Assembly: GCA_049997855.1 (NCBI GenBank)
Contig: JBEKSG010000006.1
Location: forward strand, 1-58,777
DNA length: 58,777 bases
Origin: Minisyncoccia bacterium
GTDB taxonomy: Bacteria > Patescibacteriota > Minisyncoccia > Phycocordibacterales > SBAW01
Direction of reading: 5' to 3'
Shown here: piece after piece, positions 10,007-20,184 of the stretch
Layout: every line of letters begins with the position of its first letter
How positions within the stretch are numbered: position 1 is the first letter of the stretch
Program-made: the position numbers and the translations under genes
Notes under the pieces: model-generated
Seen by the model: only the letters and a program-made list of their open reading frames with translations
Told to the model about the DNA's origin: nothing
Databases searched by the model: none

Positions 10007-11482
10007 GTGAAAGTTGAGTACTCAGGCGGCGCTTTTTTGTACGTGTTGGCCGCCAGCTTGGCAGGTGGCGTTGCCTGTGCGCTCATTGTTACTATACCCA
10101 CCACCCTGCTTTTGGTGTGCGTAACGATTGCGCTTGCTCTCATGGTAGCAGGAGCTTTTGCGCGCACACGCGTGCTTTTGCTTATCGCAATCGCGCTTGT
10201 GGCATTCATGCTCGGTGTCGTGCGTGGAGATTTGTTTTTATATAAAGAGTCGCAAGAAAATGTTTCTGCATTTTTGGGCAAGGCAACGGTCGTTGGTACG
10301 ATTGTGAGCGACCCGGTGCAAAGTGGCGCGCACGTGCAAGCCGATGTGGCGGTGTCGTCGGTAAACGGCACTCCCGCACGCGGTACGCTCCTCGCATTTT
10401 TGTCGCCGTATGTAACTGCGGCTTACGGGCAGGAGGTGACGCTTGGCGGCACGCTCGAGGCTCCTGCGAGTTTTATCGGCGACAATGGCAACACGTTTGA
10501 TTACCCCAATTATTTGCGCGTACAGGGCGTCTCGATGTTGCTCATGCAAGCTCTGCTTGAGCAGGTCGCACCTGCAAAACTTTCGTTATATGGCGTGTTG
10601 TTTACCATCAAACACGTGTTTGAGGCATCAATTGCACGCACGCTGAGTGCGCCCACAGCGTCGCTCCTTGAAGGTGTTTTGCTTGGCGAACGCCGCGGGT
10701 TGCCGCAAGATATGACCGACGCGTTTGTCGCGGCGGGGCTCATACACATCGTGATACTCTCCGGCTACAGCATGTCGGTAGTGTCGGAGGGGATTTTACG
10801 AGGGCTCGGATTTTTGCCGCGCCGCTTTCAAATGCTGTGTGCCGCGCTTTGCATGATGCTGTTTGTGATCATGACCGGCGCCGCTCCCACCACCGTGCGC
10901 GCGTGCATGATGGCGCTCGTAGCGCTCGTGGCGCGCTATCTGCATCGCACCGCGCTTGCCCTCCGGAGCCTTGCTGCCGTCGCGGTGGCGATGGTGCTGT
11001 GGAATCCGCCGCTCATCCTCGGCGACGCATCATTTTTTACCAGCGTGCTCGCAACGTTTGGGCTCATCGTGTTTGCGCCGAGTATTGAAAAAATGTTGCG
11101 ATTGATACCGCAACGTTTTGAGATGCGCTCAATTATCACTTCTACCATTGCGGTGCAGATTTTTGCACTGCCCGCGCTTTTGTACTTTACGGGCAATCTC
11201 TCGTATCTCTCGGTACCGGCCAATCTTTTGGTGTTGCCGCTTTTGCCGTTAGTAATGATTGCCGGATTTGTGACCGGCATCTGCAGTTTTATCAACACGG
11301 CGCTCGCGTTTGTGCCTGCGCTCATTGTCACTTTGCTGTTGCAATGGATAGTGCTCGTCGCGCATACCGTGCAAACGTTGCCGTTTGGGTTTGCAACATT
11401 TGCCGCGTTCCCGCTCTGGCTTGCGTTGCTAATGTACGTGCCACTAACGGCATCTGCTGTGTATTTGTTAAAGCAGAAATAA
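10007..11482 (+). CDS. comEC: ComEC/Rec2-family competence membrane protein (no MBL domain)
   Basis: 491-aa polytopic ORF; GLIHIVILSGYSMSVV and MTGAAPTTVRA blocks typical of the Competence domain. Confidence 0.8.
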   Translation: MKVEYSGGAFLYVLAASLAGGVACALIVTIPTTLLLVCVTIALALMVAGAFARTRVLLLIAIALVAFMLGVVRGDLFLYKESQENVSAFLGKATVVGTIVSDPVQSGAHVQADVAVSSVNGTPARGTLLAFLSPYVTAAYGQEVTLGGTLEAPASFIGDNGNTFDYPNYLRVQGVSMLLMQALLEQVAPAKLSLYGVLFTIKHVFEASIARTLSAPTASLLEGVLLGERRGLPQDMTDAFVAAGLIHIVILSGYSMSVVSEGILRGLGFLPRRFQMLCAALCMMLFVIMTGAAPTTVRACMMALVALVARYLHRTALALRSLAAVAVAMVLWNPPLILGDASFFTSVLATFGLIVFAPSIEKMLRLIPQRFEMRSIITSTIAVQIFALPALLYFTGNLSYLSVPANLLVLPLLPLVMIAGFVTGICSFINTALAFVPALIVTLLLQWIVLVAHTVQTLPFGFATFAAFPLWLALLMYVPLTASAVYLLKQK

Positions 11483-11565
11483 AAAATAGTTTCTCCGGGT
11501 ACTCAATTTTCTTGCTAGAAAATTGCTCAGTCCTCGCGCCGTCGCGCTGCGGAGCCCCTGCAAAA

Positions 11566-12177
11566 CTATTTCTTTATTTCTGCAAAACGTTGTTCGATAA
11601 CGCCCCAATTAATATTTTTGAAAAACGCGTCGATATATTTGCCTTTGCCCTGGGCGCCGTAGTCGAGTAAAAATGCATGTTCCCACACGTCAAGCGCTAC
11701 AATAATCGGCAGCGTAGCAAAGTGTCCCTGGTGTTGCTCGCCGACAAACCCCATGTGGAACGCGTGCATCTCGGGATTGTAATAAAGGATTGACCACCCC
11801 GGCCCGCGCATCATGCCGGTTTGTCGCATGCGCGCTATTGCCGCATCGGCACTGCCCCAATGTTTTGTGAGTGCCGTTGCGAGCGGGCCGCTTGCGGTGA
11901 TCGGAGTCGAACCATCCTCAAATTGCGAAAAATAAAGTTCATGGAGCTTCATCCCGTCAAACTCAAACGAGTGTCGGCGGCGGAGCTCCGCTATCGCAAG
12001 TGCATTTTTCTCTGCATTCTTTAAAAGATCCTCAATAGCCGCACTAACGGCATTAAAGTTTTTTACATAGCCCTCATACAGGCCGATATGTTGCGTGACG
12101 CTCTCTTTGGAAATGCCGGCGAGCTCCGGCAACTCAAACTTTTTGATTTCGTAATCCATATGCGGTAAGTATAGCAA
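11566..12177 (-). CDS. sodA: Fe/Mn superoxide dismutase
   Basis: FELPEL N-terminus and DVWEHAFLLDY metal-binding motif. The start may be the internal ATG at 12159. Confidence 0.92.
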   Translation of the reverse strand: MLYLPHMDYEIKKFELPELAGISKESVTQHIGLYEGYVKNFNAVSAAIEDLLKNAEKNALAIAELRRRHSFEFDGMKLHELYFSQFEDGSTPITASGPLATALTKHWGSADAAIARMRQTGMMRGPGWSILYYNPEMHAFHMGFVGEQHQGHFATLPIIVALDVWEHAFLLDYGAQGKGKYIDAFFKNINWGVIEQRFAEIKK

Positions 12178-12220
12178 AAAGGCCTATTTTAAGGCTTATC
12201 CACAGTTCTCAAATAACCAC

Positions 12221-12248
12221 TTGACAAGTGTTTGGCTCATGTTATCAT
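12221..12248 (+). promoter_or_regulatory. Sigma-70-like promoter (TTGACA-N16-TATCAT)
   Basis: Consensus -35 hexamer at 12221-12226 and -10 hexamer at 12243-12248, upstream of the 12305 ORF. Confidence 0.45.
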
Positions 12249-12304
12249 TCTTGACAGAAGTATAGCCCAATGGTGGGCTGACCAAAACCCCAAAGGAGGG
12301 GAAG

Positions 12305-12559
12305 ATGAATCTGGGTCGTGCATGTTTCCGGACTGGCGCTGCCACCTTGGCGGTGCTTGCGTTTTTCGGGGCGAACGTGTTGGTTAACACGTTCGCAAAC
12401 GGGACGCTCGTGTGGGGCACCCCGCTGCCGCCCCCGCCGGTGGTGTCGCCTTACGGCGGCCTCGTCGAGTTCAACGTCGACGAACATGCCAGCAACCCGC
12501 TGGCCGATGCTCTCCGGCAAAAGTTCATCAGTCACCTGAGTTTTTTCGCCGCCCTTTGA
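12305..12559 (+). CDS. Small secreted/membrane hypothetical protein
   Basis: 84-aa ORF with a strong SD (AAAGGAGGGG, 5 nt before the ATG), an N-terminal hydrophobic signal-like segment, and a terminator downstream. Confidence 0.6.
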   Translation: MNLGRACFRTGAATLAVLAFFGANVLVNTFANGTLVWGTPLPPPPVVSPYGGLVEFNVDEHASNPLADALRQKFISHLSFFAAL

Positions 12560-12586
12560 TGGGCATGGCGAAACGAAGTATGCAAA

Positions 12587-12626
12587 GGGCGCGGCAGTCA
12601 AACTGTCCGCGCCCTTTTTCTTTTTT
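12587..12626 (+). terminator. Rho-independent terminator
   Basis: GGGCGCGG...CCGCGCCC stem followed by TTTTTCTTTTTT. Confidence 0.7.
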
Positions 12627-12638
12627 ATACATTAAAAA

Positions 12639-12881
12639 TTAAATCAGCCCGGCTTTTTTGAGCGTTTTGTATGCGCCGTTTTTTGCAAGCGTGCGCAATC
12701 CTGCCGTTGAGACAGTGAGTGTTATGGTTTTATTGATTTCCGGCACGAAAATGCGCTTTTTTTGGAGGTTAAGCTGCTTGCGCACCTTGCCCGTGGGGTT
12801 AAATTTGGTCGCGCGGATGCGGTTGCTATATCCGCCGGCAACTTTTGAGCCCTTTCCTGTTATGTCGCAAACTTTAACCAT
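12639..12881 (-). CDS. rpmB: 50S ribosomal protein L28
   Basis: 80-aa ORF; CDITGKG...GYSNRIRATKFNP...N pattern. Confidence 0.9.
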   Translation of the reverse strand: MVKVCDITGKGSKVAGGYSNRIRATKFNPTGKVRKQLNLQKKRIFVPEINKTITLTVSTAGLRTLAKNGAYKTLKKAGLI

Positions 12882-12934
12882 ATCGTTTTTTAGTGCTCGC
12901 CTATGGTACCATACTTTGTAAGCTTCGCAACCAT

Positions 12935-13573
12935 ATGCTGATACTCTCGCTCGTCATCCTTATTGTATCGATTATCCTCCATGAGGTGGCTCACGGTTAC
13001 ATGGCCAACTATCTTGGCGACCCAACCGCACGCCTCGCAGGCAGGCTTACGCTCAACCCGCTCGTGCACATCGACCCTGTCGGCTCGATACTTTTGCCGG
13101 GCTTCCTTCTTTTGACACAGAGCTTTACACACTTTCCATTGCTCATCGGCTACGCCAAGCCGGTGCCTATCAATCCGCACTACCTCACCGGCAAGTACGA
13201 CGAAGCACTCACTGCTTTTGCGGGGCCGGGCGCCAACATCCTCCTCGCACTTGTCTTTGGCCTCGCCATACGCTTTATCGGCGGCCCGGAGACTCCTTTA
13301 ATAGATGCGTTTGCGATGATCGTCTACATCAACATGCTGCTCGCACTCTTTAACCTGATACCGATACCGCCGCTCGACGGCTCACGTGTGCTTGCGGCGC
13401 TGTTGCCGGGCTCCGCAGGGAGGAGTTATGACACTCTGCGCATGGGCATGGAGCGCATGGGCGTGCTCACCAACACGCTCCTTATTATGATTGTGTTTTA
13501 TTATGTGCTTGCACCTTTGTTTAGCGTCATCCTCGGCGCTCTCTTTACACTTTTGACAGGCATGGCTCTATAG
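12935..13573 (+). CDS. Site-2 protease (peptidase M50) family membrane protein
   Basis: HEVAHG zinc motif, LTLNPLVHIDP, LIPIPPLDGS. The ORF opens at 12893 but that lies only 11 nt from the divergent rpmB start. Confidence 0.8.
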   Translation: MLILSLVILIVSIILHEVAHGYMANYLGDPTARLAGRLTLNPLVHIDPVGSILLPGFLLLTQSFTHFPLLIGYAKPVPINPHYLTGKYDEALTAFAGPGANILLALVFGLAIRFIGGPETPLIDAFAMIVYINMLLALFNLIPIPPLDGSRVLAALLPGSAGRSYDTLRMGMERMGVLTNTLLIMIVFYYVLAPLFSVILGALFTLLTGMAL

Positions 13574-13611
13574 CCCCGACGATTAGTCGGAGTCCCGACC
13601 AAAGCATCGGG
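13574..13611 (+). repeat. Double-hairpin CCCGAC repeat, copy 1 (intergenic)
   Basis: CCCCGACgattaGTCGGag TCCCGAccaaagcaTCGGGA; the same architecture occurs at 24579, 34169 and 44269. Confidence 0.8.
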
Positions 13612-13681
13612 AAGATAGTTGCACCATCTTTCTATATGTAGTAGATTACTAGCACTCCCGCGTAGCGGGTTTTTAGTTGAC

Positions 13682-14113
13682 ATGGCACGCATATCACAGC
13701 TCGTCCGCAAAGGACGCACTCAAATGAAGAGCAAAACAAAATCGCCGGCGCTTGCCCGCGGTTTTAACCTGCTCAAAAATCACCCGGTGTTTTATCCGTC
13801 GCCCTTTAAGCGCGGCGTGTGCACCAAAGTGACCACCAAAACGCCCCGCAAACCAAACTCCGCTATCCGCAAAATTGCCCGCGTGCGCCTTACCAACGGA
13901 ATGGAAATTACCGCCTACATCCCCGGCGAGGGTCACAACCTCCAGGAACACTCGGTGGTCTTGGTGCGTGCGGGTCGCGTAAAAGATATCAACGTGCGCT
14001 ACCAGATAGTGCGCGGCAAGCTCGATGCCACGGGGGTGGAGAAGCGCAATGTGTCGCGCAGCCGCTACGGTGTTAAATCCAGCTCCGGTGCCGCAGCCGC
14101 CAAGAAAATATAA
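13682..14113 (+). CDS. rpsL: 30S ribosomal protein S12 (with C-terminal extension)
   Basis: [12 protein letters not shown]..., PKKPNSA-like [11 protein letters not shown], and [10 protein letters not shown] motifs. Confidence 0.95.
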   Translation: MARISQLVRKGRTQMKSKTKSPALARGFNLLKNHPVFYPSPFKRGVCTKVTTKTPRKPNSAIRKIARVRLTNGMEITAYIPGEGHNLQEHSVVLVRAGRVKDINVRYQIVRGKLDATGVEKRNVSRSRYGVKSSSGAAAAKKI

Positions 14114-14119
14114 CATTGT

Positions 14120-14590
14120 ATGCGTCGACCAGTTAAAAATCGCAATATCCCCGGTGCAGACCTCAAATACAACTCTCTTCGCGTGGAGAAGTTTATTAAC
14201 TCGGTTATGTGGGACGGCAAAAAAAGCACTGCGCGCAAGGTGGTGTACGACGCGTTTGACCTCATTAAAGAAAAAACAAAAACCGAAAATCCGGTTGAGC
14301 TTTTTGAAACAGCCGTCCGCAACGTAGGGCCGGTGATGGAAATCCGCTCGCGCCGCGTGGGCGGCGCCAACTACCAGGTGCCGCGCGAGGTGCGCCCCGA
14401 GCGCAAGCAAGCATTGGCGTTTCGCTGGATACTCGGCGCCGCTCGCGGCGCCAAAGGCAAGCCGATGGCCGAGAAGCTCGCGGCCGAGCTCATTGCCGCA
14501 TCCAACAACGAGGGTCCTGCTATAAAAAAGCGCGACGATACGCTCAAGATGGCCGAGGCCAACAAAGCCTTTGCCCACTTCGCGTGGTAA
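14120..14590 (+). CDS. rpsG: 30S ribosomal protein S7
   Basis: 156-aa ORF; VGGANYQVP and [15 protein letters not shown]-terminus. Confidence 0.95.
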   Translation: MRRPVKNRNIPGADLKYNSLRVEKFINSVMWDGKKSTARKVVYDAFDLIKEKTKTENPVELFETAVRNVGPVMEIRSRRVGGANYQVPREVRPERKQALAFRWILGAARGAKGKPMAEKLAAELIAASNNEGPAIKKRDDTLKMAEANKAFAHFAW

Positions 14591-14596
14591 AAATGT

Positions 14597-14626
14597 TTGC
14601 ATCTTCGCTTTTCATTTTTATATAAG
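14597..14626 (+). promoter_or_regulatory. Sigma-70-like promoter (TTGCAT-N17/18-ATATAA/TATAAG)
   Basis: Lies immediately after the rpsG stop and upstream of the island gene at 14688. A GTGTGG/CCACAC hairpin sits in the leader. Confidence 0.45.
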
Positions 14627-14687
14627 TGTTCTATAGTCAAGCGCGTGTGGCGTGGAATCCTCCACACACCGAGCCGAGGAGGGCTCA

Positions 14688-15050
14688 ATGAAGAAAGTTC
14701 TTTGTCTTGGTATCGTCGCTATTGCGGCTACGATGATGCTCGCCTCGCCGGCGTTGGCGTGGGGGCAGCGTGGCGGGTTTATCATCCGCCCACCGATGCA
14801 GTTCCACCCGGGCTTGGCTCCGCAGTTCCACCCGCAGTTCCACCCGGGCTTTGCTCCGCGCTTCGACGGCCCTCATTGGGGCGGCGGCTTCTACGGTGGA
14901 GGTGGTGTGATTATCCAGCAGCAGTGGTCTTGCACCAGCTCGTACACCGGCGCCTTGCTCCACGATGGTCCTTGCGACGGTTCCGAACTCGCTTGCTTCG
15001 GTCCCGACGGTGGTTTCCTCTACGATGGTCCTTGCGTGGGCTCCGAATAG
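14688..15050 (+). CDS. Secreted Gly/Pro/His-repeat, Cys-containing small protein
   Basis: Strong SD GAGGAGGG; signal peptide MKKVLCLGIVAIAATMMLASPALA; FHP(G/Q) repeats and a duplicated DGPC(D/V)GSE motif. Confidence 0.65.
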   Translation: MKKVLCLGIVAIAATMMLASPALAWGQRGGFIIRPPMQFHPGLAPQFHPQFHPGFAPRFDGPHWGGGFYGGGGVIIQQQWSCTSSYTGALLHDGPCDGSELACFGPDGGFLYDGPCVGSE

Positions 15051-15102
15051 GTCCAATCGCCGGACAGCGGCGACTGGACGAAACGAGAGTGCTGGTATAT
15101 GT

Positions 15103-15131
15103 ACCGGTCGCCACAAGCGGCCGGTTTTTTT
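15103..15131 (+). terminator. Rho-independent terminator
   Basis: 9-bp stem ACCGGTCGC/GCGGCCGGT followed by a T7 run. Confidence 0.75.
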
Positions 15132-15208
15132 ATTATTGCACCTTATAAGTTGGTGTGGTATATCTTCTGCGGACGTACGCCGAAACTTCTCAATCGAAGG
15201 AGTCTGCC

Positions 15209-15898
15209 ATGTTAACAGCCAAGCGTGTTATAAGTCTTGCTGCAGTCGGAATCGTGTTGGCCCTGATGCCGCTATCGGCACGGGCGGATACCTTTATGCA
15301 GCTACAATCTGCGAGTTTCCGCAAGATTGCCGCAGCGGACGAGTTTACCAGAGCAGCCTGTGATCGTATACCGCCGCCGCAAATCATTGCGTGCAGAGCC
15401 TTATATCAAGATCTCTCTGATGTTGCGACCCAAGTCGCAGTAGCGCTCGACGAGTGGCAAGATGCCTATGTCGTGAACGACAAACCCAAAACGTGGGACT
15501 CGAAACGTCGCTACGCGCAGCTCTTTCTCAAGTTTCGCGAGCTTACCAAAGCTTCTTGGGATACAAACTATTTTCCAAGTGACGTTTGGTCCGTTGCGCG
15601 CAGCGGACCTGTTTCGAGCTTCTTGGTTGGCTATACGGGCGAGCTGACTAATGCGCTCGCCGTACGCAACAACTTCTGCAGCACCCTGCTCGGCGACGCG
15701 TATACCACTTGTAAAAAGGACTGGGACGAATATGCGGACGCCATCAGAGACTTGCTCGCGGTAAGCGAGCAAGTCAACCAAGCTCGGCAAAACAACGACC
15801 GAGATGCATATCTCAGCGCGTTCGTCAAAGAAGCTGAGCTGAGGGTCAAAGTCGTCGACATTGAAGCGGTGATTAAGCCGAAATATCTCGGCCAGTAA
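15209..15898 (+). CDS. Secreted hypothetical protein (helical)
   Basis: SD AAGGAG; signal peptide MLTAKRVISLAAVGIVLALMPLSARA; no recognisable catalytic motif. Confidence 0.6.
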   Translation: MLTAKRVISLAAVGIVLALMPLSARADTFMQLQSASFRKIAAADEFTRAACDRIPPPQIIACRALYQDLSDVATQVAVALDEWQDAYVVNDKPKTWDSKRRYAQLFLKFRELTKASWDTNYFPSDVWSVARSGPVSSFLVGYTGELTNALAVRNNFCSTLLGDAYTTCKKDWDEYADAIRDLLAVSEQVNQARQNNDRDAYLSAFVKEAELRVKVVDIEAVIKPKYLGQ

Positions 15899-15915
15899 CG
15901 CACAGCAAACCGTAC

Positions 15916-15942
15916 ACGCGGCCCTCCGGGCCACGTTTTTTT
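15916..15942 (+). terminator. Rho-independent terminator
   Basis: GGCCC-tcc-GGGCC core stem with flanking pairs, followed by a T7 run. Confidence 0.65.
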
Positions 15943-16009
15943 ATTGGCTACTATTTTTGTCCGAGTGGTGTTATATATACCGGCAAACACGTTCTTTGGG
16001 AGGTAAAAA

Positions 16010-16219
16010 ATGTTGGATAAGAGCCGGATTTGGCCTTACTCATTTGAGGCCACGCCGAGCAACCTACGGCACCGTTATTTCGACGAAAAAGGAAATCCGA
16101 TTTCTGAAGATGAGCTTCTTCGTGTTGAAAATGCTTGGAGAAACTCGACGGCCCACGTTGGAGCTGTGGACTTCCGAAAGTCGCTCGAGCCAAAACCTCG
16201 AGCAAGAGAAGAATTCTAG
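16010..16219 (+). CDS. Small hypothetical protein
   Basis: 69-aa ORF preceded by GGGAGG, 6 nt from the ATG. Confidence 0.45.
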   Translation: MLDKSRIWPYSFEATPSNLRHRYFDEKGNPISEDELLRVENAWRNSTAHVGAVDFRKSLEPKPRAREEF

Positions 16220-16276
16220 ACAACTATACGAATGTCTGTATTATGTAAGAGGAAATCAGTTTAGGAGGGATTTGTC

Positions 16277-16534
16277 ATGATACTGGCTTCTACTATATAC
16301 ATAGCCCGTGAAGAAGTGCGGCGCGATGTACAAATGTTGAATGAGTTGCGTTGGCAGAGTGGGCTATGCATCCGCCAAGATCCGTACATGACGCAGCTTT
16401 GCGATAAGATTCGCGAGGGGCTGTTGCGTCTCAAGACAATCGACACCAACTATGCCCCCATGTATGAAAAGGCAATAGGAATCATCACCGATTATCCAAA
16501 GGCGGAAAAGCCTCGTCTGCACCTTGTCGCCTAA
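16277..16534 (+). CDS. Small hypothetical protein
   Basis: 85-aa ORF preceded by AGGAGGG, 7 nt from the ATG. Confidence 0.45.
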   Translation: MILASTIYIAREEVRRDVQMLNELRWQSGLCIRQDPYMTQLCDKIREGLLRLKTIDTNYAPMYEKAIGIITDYPKAEKPRLHLVA

Positions 16535-16550
16535 TCTATGTCGTACGCAT

Positions 16551-16583
16551 CATCCCTGTCGACTACTTCGGCAGGGCTTTTCT
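16551..16583 (+). terminator. Rho-independent terminator closing the rpsG-fusA island
   Basis: 9-bp stem CCCTGTCGA.../...TCGGCAGGG followed by CTTTTCTTTT. Confidence 0.65.
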
Positions 16584-16637
16584 TTTGCCTCGCTATCTTA
16601 TATAGTGTGGGGCAACGCCTGGGCGCGTTTTTAATTT

Positions 16638-18791
16638 ATGCCAACAAAACGGGATTATCCCTTGGAAAAGGTGCGAAACTTCGGCATCATTGCGCACATC
16701 GATGCGGGCAAAACCACTGTCTCCGAGCGTATTTTGTATTACACCGGCAGCCAGCACAAAATCGGCGAGGTGCACGAGGGCGATACCACCACCGACTGGA
16801 TGGAGCAGGAGCGCGAGCGCGGCATCACGATTACCGCCGCAGCCGTCACCTGTTTTTGGAGCAAGACAAACGAGCCCGATAAAAAAGACGCTTCCAAAAA
16901 ATATCGCTTTAATATTATCGACACTCCCGGACACATCGACTTTACCGTGGAGGTTAAACGCTCGATGCGCGTGCTCGACGGCGCGGTGGTGGTGTTCGAC
17001 GGCGTCGCCGGCGTCGAGCCGCAGTCCGAAACTAATTGGCGTTACGCCGACGAGGCTGCTGTGCCACGCGTGTGCTTTATCAACAAGCTCGACCGCACGG
17101 GTGCCTCCTTTGAAAAATCGTACCAATCCATTTTAGACCGCCTCACCAAATATGCCGTGCGCATGCAGATACCAGTCGGCATCGAGGATAAGTTTGAGGG
17201 CGTTGTCGATCTTCTCACTTTGAAGGCTTACAAATTTGAGGGCGACATGGGCGACCGTGTGGTCGAATACGACGTTCCGGCGGGGCTTGTGGAAGAGGCG
17301 CAAAAATATCGCGCCGAACTGATCGAAAAGATTGTTGAGCATGACGAGGCGTTGATGACCGAATATCTCGACGGCAAAGAACCAAGCCTCGAGCAATTGC
17401 AAGTCACGCTCCGCAAGGCGGTCATCGACAATAAAGTTTTTCCCGTCTATTGCGGTTCCGCGCTCAAAAACAAAGGCGTACAGCTAATCCTTGATGCGGT
17501 TGTCGACTATCTGCCGTCGCCGCTCGATATGCCGCCGGTCAAAGGCATCAATCCTAAAACAGGCGAGGAGGTGGTACGCCACGCCTCTGATGAGGAGCCG
17601 TTTTGTGCGCTCGCGTTTAAACTCCAAGCCGACCCGTTTGTAGGACAGCTCACCTTCTTCCGCGTCTACTCCGGCACCATCGAGGCGGGCTCGTATCTGT
17701 ACAACTCAACCACTGGCTCCAAAGAGCGCCTCGGCCGCATCGTGCGGCTCCAAGCAAACGAGCGCGAGGAGGTTAAAAAAGTGTTTGCCGGCGAAATCGC
17801 CGCGGCGGTAGGGCTTAAAGACACGCGCACCTCGCACACGCTCTGCGATGAGGCACATCCGATACAGCTTGAGCAGATTAAATTCCCCGAGCCGGTTATC
17901 CAGTTGCGCATCGAGCCAAAGACAAAAGCCGACCAGGAAAAAATGGGCATGGCGATGAAAAAGCTTGCAGACGAGGACCCAACCTTTAAGGTTTCCACCG
18001 ATGCCGAAACCATGGAGACACTCATCTCCGGCATGGGGGAGCTTCACCTCGAGATTTTAGTCGACCGCATGAAGCGCGAGTTTGGCGTCGAGGCAAACGT
18101 CGGCAAGCCGCAGGTGGCGTACCGCGAGACTATCACGCAAGCGGCCGAGGCCGAGGGCAAATACATCAAACAAACCGGCGGCAGAGGTCAGTACGGCCAC
18201 GTCAAACTGCGCATTAAGCCGCTCCCGCCGCTCGTTCCCGAAAAGAAAATTGCTAAAAACGTTACCCGCGAAGACCACTTTGAGTTTATCAACAACATCA
18301 AGGGCGGCGTAGTGCCGCAGGAGTTTATCGGGCCTGTTGAAAAAGGAGTGCGCGAAGCTATGGAGCGGGGAATTGTTGCCGGCTTTAGAATGGTCGACAT
18401 CTCATGCGAGCTGTACGACGGTTCCTACCACGATGTGGACTCCTCGGAAATTGCCTTTAAAATAGCTGCATCGATGGCTTTCCAAGAAGCGGCTAAGGCG
18501 GCGCGCCCAGTGCTGCTTGAGCCGATTATGCGCGTCGAAGTAGTGGTGCCCGAGCAATTCATGGGCGAGATTACCGGCAGCCTCTCCGGCAAGCGCGGGC
18601 AAATTGAGGGTACGGAAGAACGCGGCCTCGCGCGCGCCATCAAAGCCAAAGTGCCGCTTTCGGAGATGTTTGGCTACACCACAGCGCTCCGCTCCATGAC
18701 CGAAGGCCGCGCAAGCTTTACTATGGAGTTTGACCACTACGAGGTGGTTCCGCCTAACGTGGCAACAGCTATCATTGCCGCTCGGAAGTAA
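16638..18791 (+). CDS. fusA: Elongation factor G
   Basis: 717-aa ORF; G1 [22 protein letters not shown]. Confidence 0.97.
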   Translation: MPTKRDYPLEKVRNFGIIAHIDAGKTTVSERILYYTGSQHKIGEVHEGDTTTDWMEQERERGITITAAAVTCFWSKTNEPDKKDASKKYRFNIIDTPGHIDFTVEVKRSMRVLDGAVVVFDGVAGVEPQSETNWRYADEAAVPRVCFINKLDRTGASFEKSYQSILDRLTKYAVRMQIPVGIEDKFEGVVDLLTLKAYKFEGDMGDRVVEYDVPAGLVEEAQKYRAELIEKIVEHDEALMTEYLDGKEPSLEQLQVTLRKAVIDNKVFPVYCGSALKNKGVQLILDAVVDYLPSPLDMPPVKGINPKTGEEVVRHASDEEPFCALAFKLQADPFVGQLTFFRVYSGTIEAGSYLYNSTTGSKERLGRIVRLQANEREEVKKVFAGEIAAAVGLKDTRTSHTLCDEAHPIQLEQIKFPEPVIQLRIEPKTKADQEKMGMAMKKLADEDPTFKVSTDAETMETLISGMGELHLEILVDRMKREFGVEANVGKPQVAYRETITQAAEAEGKYIKQTGGRGQYGHVKLRIKPLPPLVPEKKIAKNVTREDHFEFINNIKGGVVPQEFIGPVEKGVREAMERGIVAGFRMVDISCELYDGSYHDVDSSEIAFKIAASMAFQEAAKAARPVLLEPIMRVEVVVPEQFMGEITGSLSGKRGQIEGTEERGLARAIKAKVPLSEMFGYTTALRSMTEGRASFTMEFDHYEVVPPNVATAIIAARK

Positions 18792-18904
18792 CAGGAATCC
18801 TGCTCGGGGTTGCGCTTTTACGCGTACTCCTATATATTTCTAGGTAACGCAATAGGGGGTGTTTTCCTATGCTCAATTAATTATTAGTTTAGAAAATCAT
18901 TATC

Positions 18905-20104
18905 ATGGCAAACTTTGATAGGCAGAAGCCGCACCTTAACGTAGGCACCATCGGCCACGTTGACCACGGCAAAACGACGCTTACCGCGGCGATACTCCAT
19001 ACGCTCGACATGGCGAAGGCGCAAGGATACAGCGCCCGCGTCGAGAACGTCGACAAAATCGACAGCGCTCCCGAGGAAAAAGCGCGCGGCATTACCATCG
19101 CGCTCCACCACTCGGAGTACGAAACTCCCAACCGCCACTACGCGCACATCGATGCGCCGGGCCACGCTGATTACATCAAAAACATGATTACCGGCGCCGC
19201 TCAAATGGACGGCGCAATTCTCGTGGTTGCTGCAACCGACGGCGTGATGCCGCAAACCCGCGAGCACATCCTTCTTGCCAGGCAAGTGGGCGTGCCAAAA
19301 GTCATCGTCTTTCTCAACAAGTGCGATATGGTAGACGACAAAGACCTCATCGACCTCGTCGAGGAGGAGGTGCGAGAGCTTCTTACCAAGCAGGGTTTTG
19401 ACGGTGCAAACGCGCCGGTTATCCGCGGCTCGGGCCTCAAAGCGCTCGAGAGCAATGACTTGAGCAACGAGTGGTCGCAAAAAGTACTTGAGCTCGTCAA
19501 CACGCTCGACACCTACATCCCCGAGCCCAAGCGCGAGCTCGACAAACCGTTCCTCATGCCTATTGAAGACATCTTCTCCATCGAAGGCCGCGGCACCGTG
19601 GTGACCGGCCGCATCGAGCGCGGCGTAGTAAAGATAGGCGACGAGGTTGAAATTGTCGGTCTCGAGCCTACCACCAAGACCACCGTTACCGGTATCGAAA
19701 TGTTTAACAAACAGCTCGAGAGCGGCCAAGCGGGCGATAACGCAGGCGTACTCTTACGCGGCACTAAAAAGGAGGATGTCCATCGCGGCCAGGTGCTTGC
19801 CAAGCCGGGTTCGGTAACGCCGCACACCGACTTCGAGGGCGAGGTATACATCCTTACCAAAGAGGAGGGCGGCCGCCATACGCCGTTCTTTAGCGGATAC
19901 AAACCGCAGTTTTATGTCCGCACGACCGATGTGACCGGCGAGGTAACGCTTGCCGCGGGCACCGAGATGGTCATGCCGGGCGACACCGTCACCTTTAAAG
20001 TTAAACTTGTAGCCCCGGTAGCTATGGAGGTCCAAACCCGCTTCGCAGTCCGCGAGGGCGGCAAGACAGTGGGTGCAGGCGTTGTCACCAAAATAATTGC
20101 GTAA
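18905..20104 (+). CDS. tuf: Elongation factor Tu
   Basis: 399-aa ORF; [22 protein letters not shown]. Confidence 0.98.
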   Translation: MANFDRQKPHLNVGTIGHVDHGKTTLTAAILHTLDMAKAQGYSARVENVDKIDSAPEEKARGITIALHHSEYETPNRHYAHIDAPGHADYIKNMITGAAQMDGAILVVAATDGVMPQTREHILLARQVGVPKVIVFLNKCDMVDDKDLIDLVEEEVRELLTKQGFDGANAPVIRGSGLKALESNDLSNEWSQKVLELVNTLDTYIPEPKRELDKPFLMPIEDIFSIEGRGTVVTGRIERGVVKIGDEVEIVGLEPTTKTTVTGIEMFNKQLESGQAGDNAGVLLRGTKKEDVHRGQVLAKPGSVTPHTDFEGEVYILTKEEGGRHTPFFSGYKPQFYVRTTDVTGEVTLAAGTEMVMPGDTVTFKVKLVAPVAMEVQTRFAVREGGKTVGAGVVTKIIA

Positions 20105-20184
20105 ACACTCCCTAATTATTAGAGCGTAAGCTAATCGGAGATAGATGGCATCCTGACGGAGGGTGGGAACTAGCTCCAAACAGT

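Noticed and set aside
13694-14602. Long antisense or overlapping ORFs in the six-frame track. Examples: 13694..14602(-) across rpsL/rpsG, 18884..19729(-) in tuf, 20684..21403(-) in rplC, 23106..23954(-), 24802..25440(-), 30396..31031(-), 5389..6132(-) and 6236..7138(-).
   Set aside because: Each lies entirely opposite or out of frame to a gene with unmistakable conserved motifs. The translations are low-complexity and Arg/Ala/Gly-rich, as expected of shadow ORFs in GC-rich coding DNA.
14597-15148. 183-aa Arg/Pro/Trp-rich ORF overlapping the 14688 gene in another frame.
   Set aside because: It has no SD and no plausible start context, and its composition is typical of an out-of-frame read. 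The 14688 frame has a strong SD and a canonical signal peptide.
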